From: an uncultured Bacteroidales bacterium
Lineage (GTDB): Bacteria; Bacteroidota; Bacteroidia; Bacteroidales; UBA4417
DNA length: 64,000 nt
Assembly (NCBI GenBank): GCA_903946925.1
Contig: CAJAXK010000015.1
Span: 3,579-67,578 of the forward strand
Reading direction: 5' to 3'
This document shows, piece after piece, positions 63,617 to 64,000 of this stretch. The translations under genes and the position numbers were made by a program. The notes below the pieces were generated by a model. It made no database searches and was not told the DNA's origin. It saw only the letters and a list, made by a program, of their open reading frames with translations. The first letter of the stretch is position 1, and the number at the start of each line of letters is the position of its first letter.

Positions 63617-64000
63617 ATGCTTAACCCAGAAAAAAAAACCAACAAAGACGTAATTCTTGTTGTTGACGATCAACCGACTAACATAAAAGTAATAGCAAGC
63701 ATTTTAGGACAAAAATATTCGCTCAGTTTTGCCAATAATGGGATGAATGCACTGAAAATTCTCGAAAAAAGCATCCCTGATTTAATCCTCCTCGATATCA
63801 TGATGCCAGAAATGGATGGGTTTGAGGTTTGCAAAAGGATCAAAGAAAATGAAAATACCAAGGAAGTACCTGTCATTTTTTTAACAGCAAAAACTGATAT
63901 TGCCGACAGAATTAAAGGGTTTGAAGTAGGTGCCGTGGATTATATCACAAAGCCGTTCAATCCTGTTGAAATGGAAGTTAGGGTAAAAAACCACCTTAGC
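63617..64000 (+). CDS. Response regulator receiver domain protein (partial; output domain beyond the window)
   Basis: Manual translation from ATG 63617 gives MLNPEKKTNKDVILVVDDQPTNIKV...DLILLDIMMPEMDGFEV...VIFLTAK...DYITKPF. The frame is open to the window end. Confidence 0.85.
   Translation, partial: MLNPEKKTNKDVILVVDDQPTNIKVIASILGQKYSLSFANNGMNALKILEKSIPDLILLDIMMPEMDGFEVCKRIKENENTKEVPVIFLTAKTDIADRIKGFEVGAVDYITKPFNPVEMEVRVKNHLS

Noticed and set aside
1-64000. Scan of all intergenic gaps over 150 bp for rRNA, tRNA, riboswitch or transposase/integrase genes
   Set aside because: I could not recognise any tRNA cloverleaf-like sequence, rRNA segment or recombinase ORF by eye. This is a weak negative, and tRNAscan/Infernal runs would be needed to confirm it.

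Overview
This is a chromosomal segment from a Bacteroidota (Bacteroidia-like) genome. Supporting features are a complete Bat aerotolerance operon, a fused SecDF, a T9SS C-terminal sorting domain, DUF2723 and DUF3078 envelope proteins, TAnnTTTG-type promoter boxes and no Shine-Dalgarno signals. I recognise about 45 protein-coding genes and no rRNA, tRNA or CRISPR array. Housekeeping and envelope genes include a MurU-like nucleotidyltransferase next to an AmgK-like kinase fused to a RapZ C-terminal domain, plus mscL and moxR-DUF58-DUF4381-batABCDE. Further along are tamB, tsaD, ppnP, an FprA-type flavodiiron protein, parC, secDF, rpsA, rnz, a DUF2723 protein, and a Cache lipoprotein with a hybrid histidine kinase and a response regulator. 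The most interesting part is an accessory block at about 15.9-25.2 kb that looks lower in GC by eye, lying between the Bat operon and tamB/tsaD. It holds a 512-aa protein with a divergent ECF-sigma-like core, overlapped by a single-pass anti-sigma-like TPR protein. Two small paralogous Ser/Asp-rich lipoproteins and a signal-peptide-bearing 1196-aa TPR-CHAT (caspase-like) protease with an intact His/Cys dyad follow. I propose this is an uncharacterised envelope proteolytic signalling module; that is inference, not demonstrated. A second theme is unusually repeat-rich intergenic DNA. It includes a MITE-like family with terminal inverted repeats (5-6 copies, two bracketing a small STAS-like gene) and a ~180-bp element with a TTAGGG-like G-rich tract (2 copies). 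It also includes tandem hairpin repeats inside the bat operon, tandemly reiterated leader/start-codon modules, several long imperfect simple-sequence tracts and a ~600-bp tandem segmental duplication. All family assignments come from motif recognition by eye, with no database search run.
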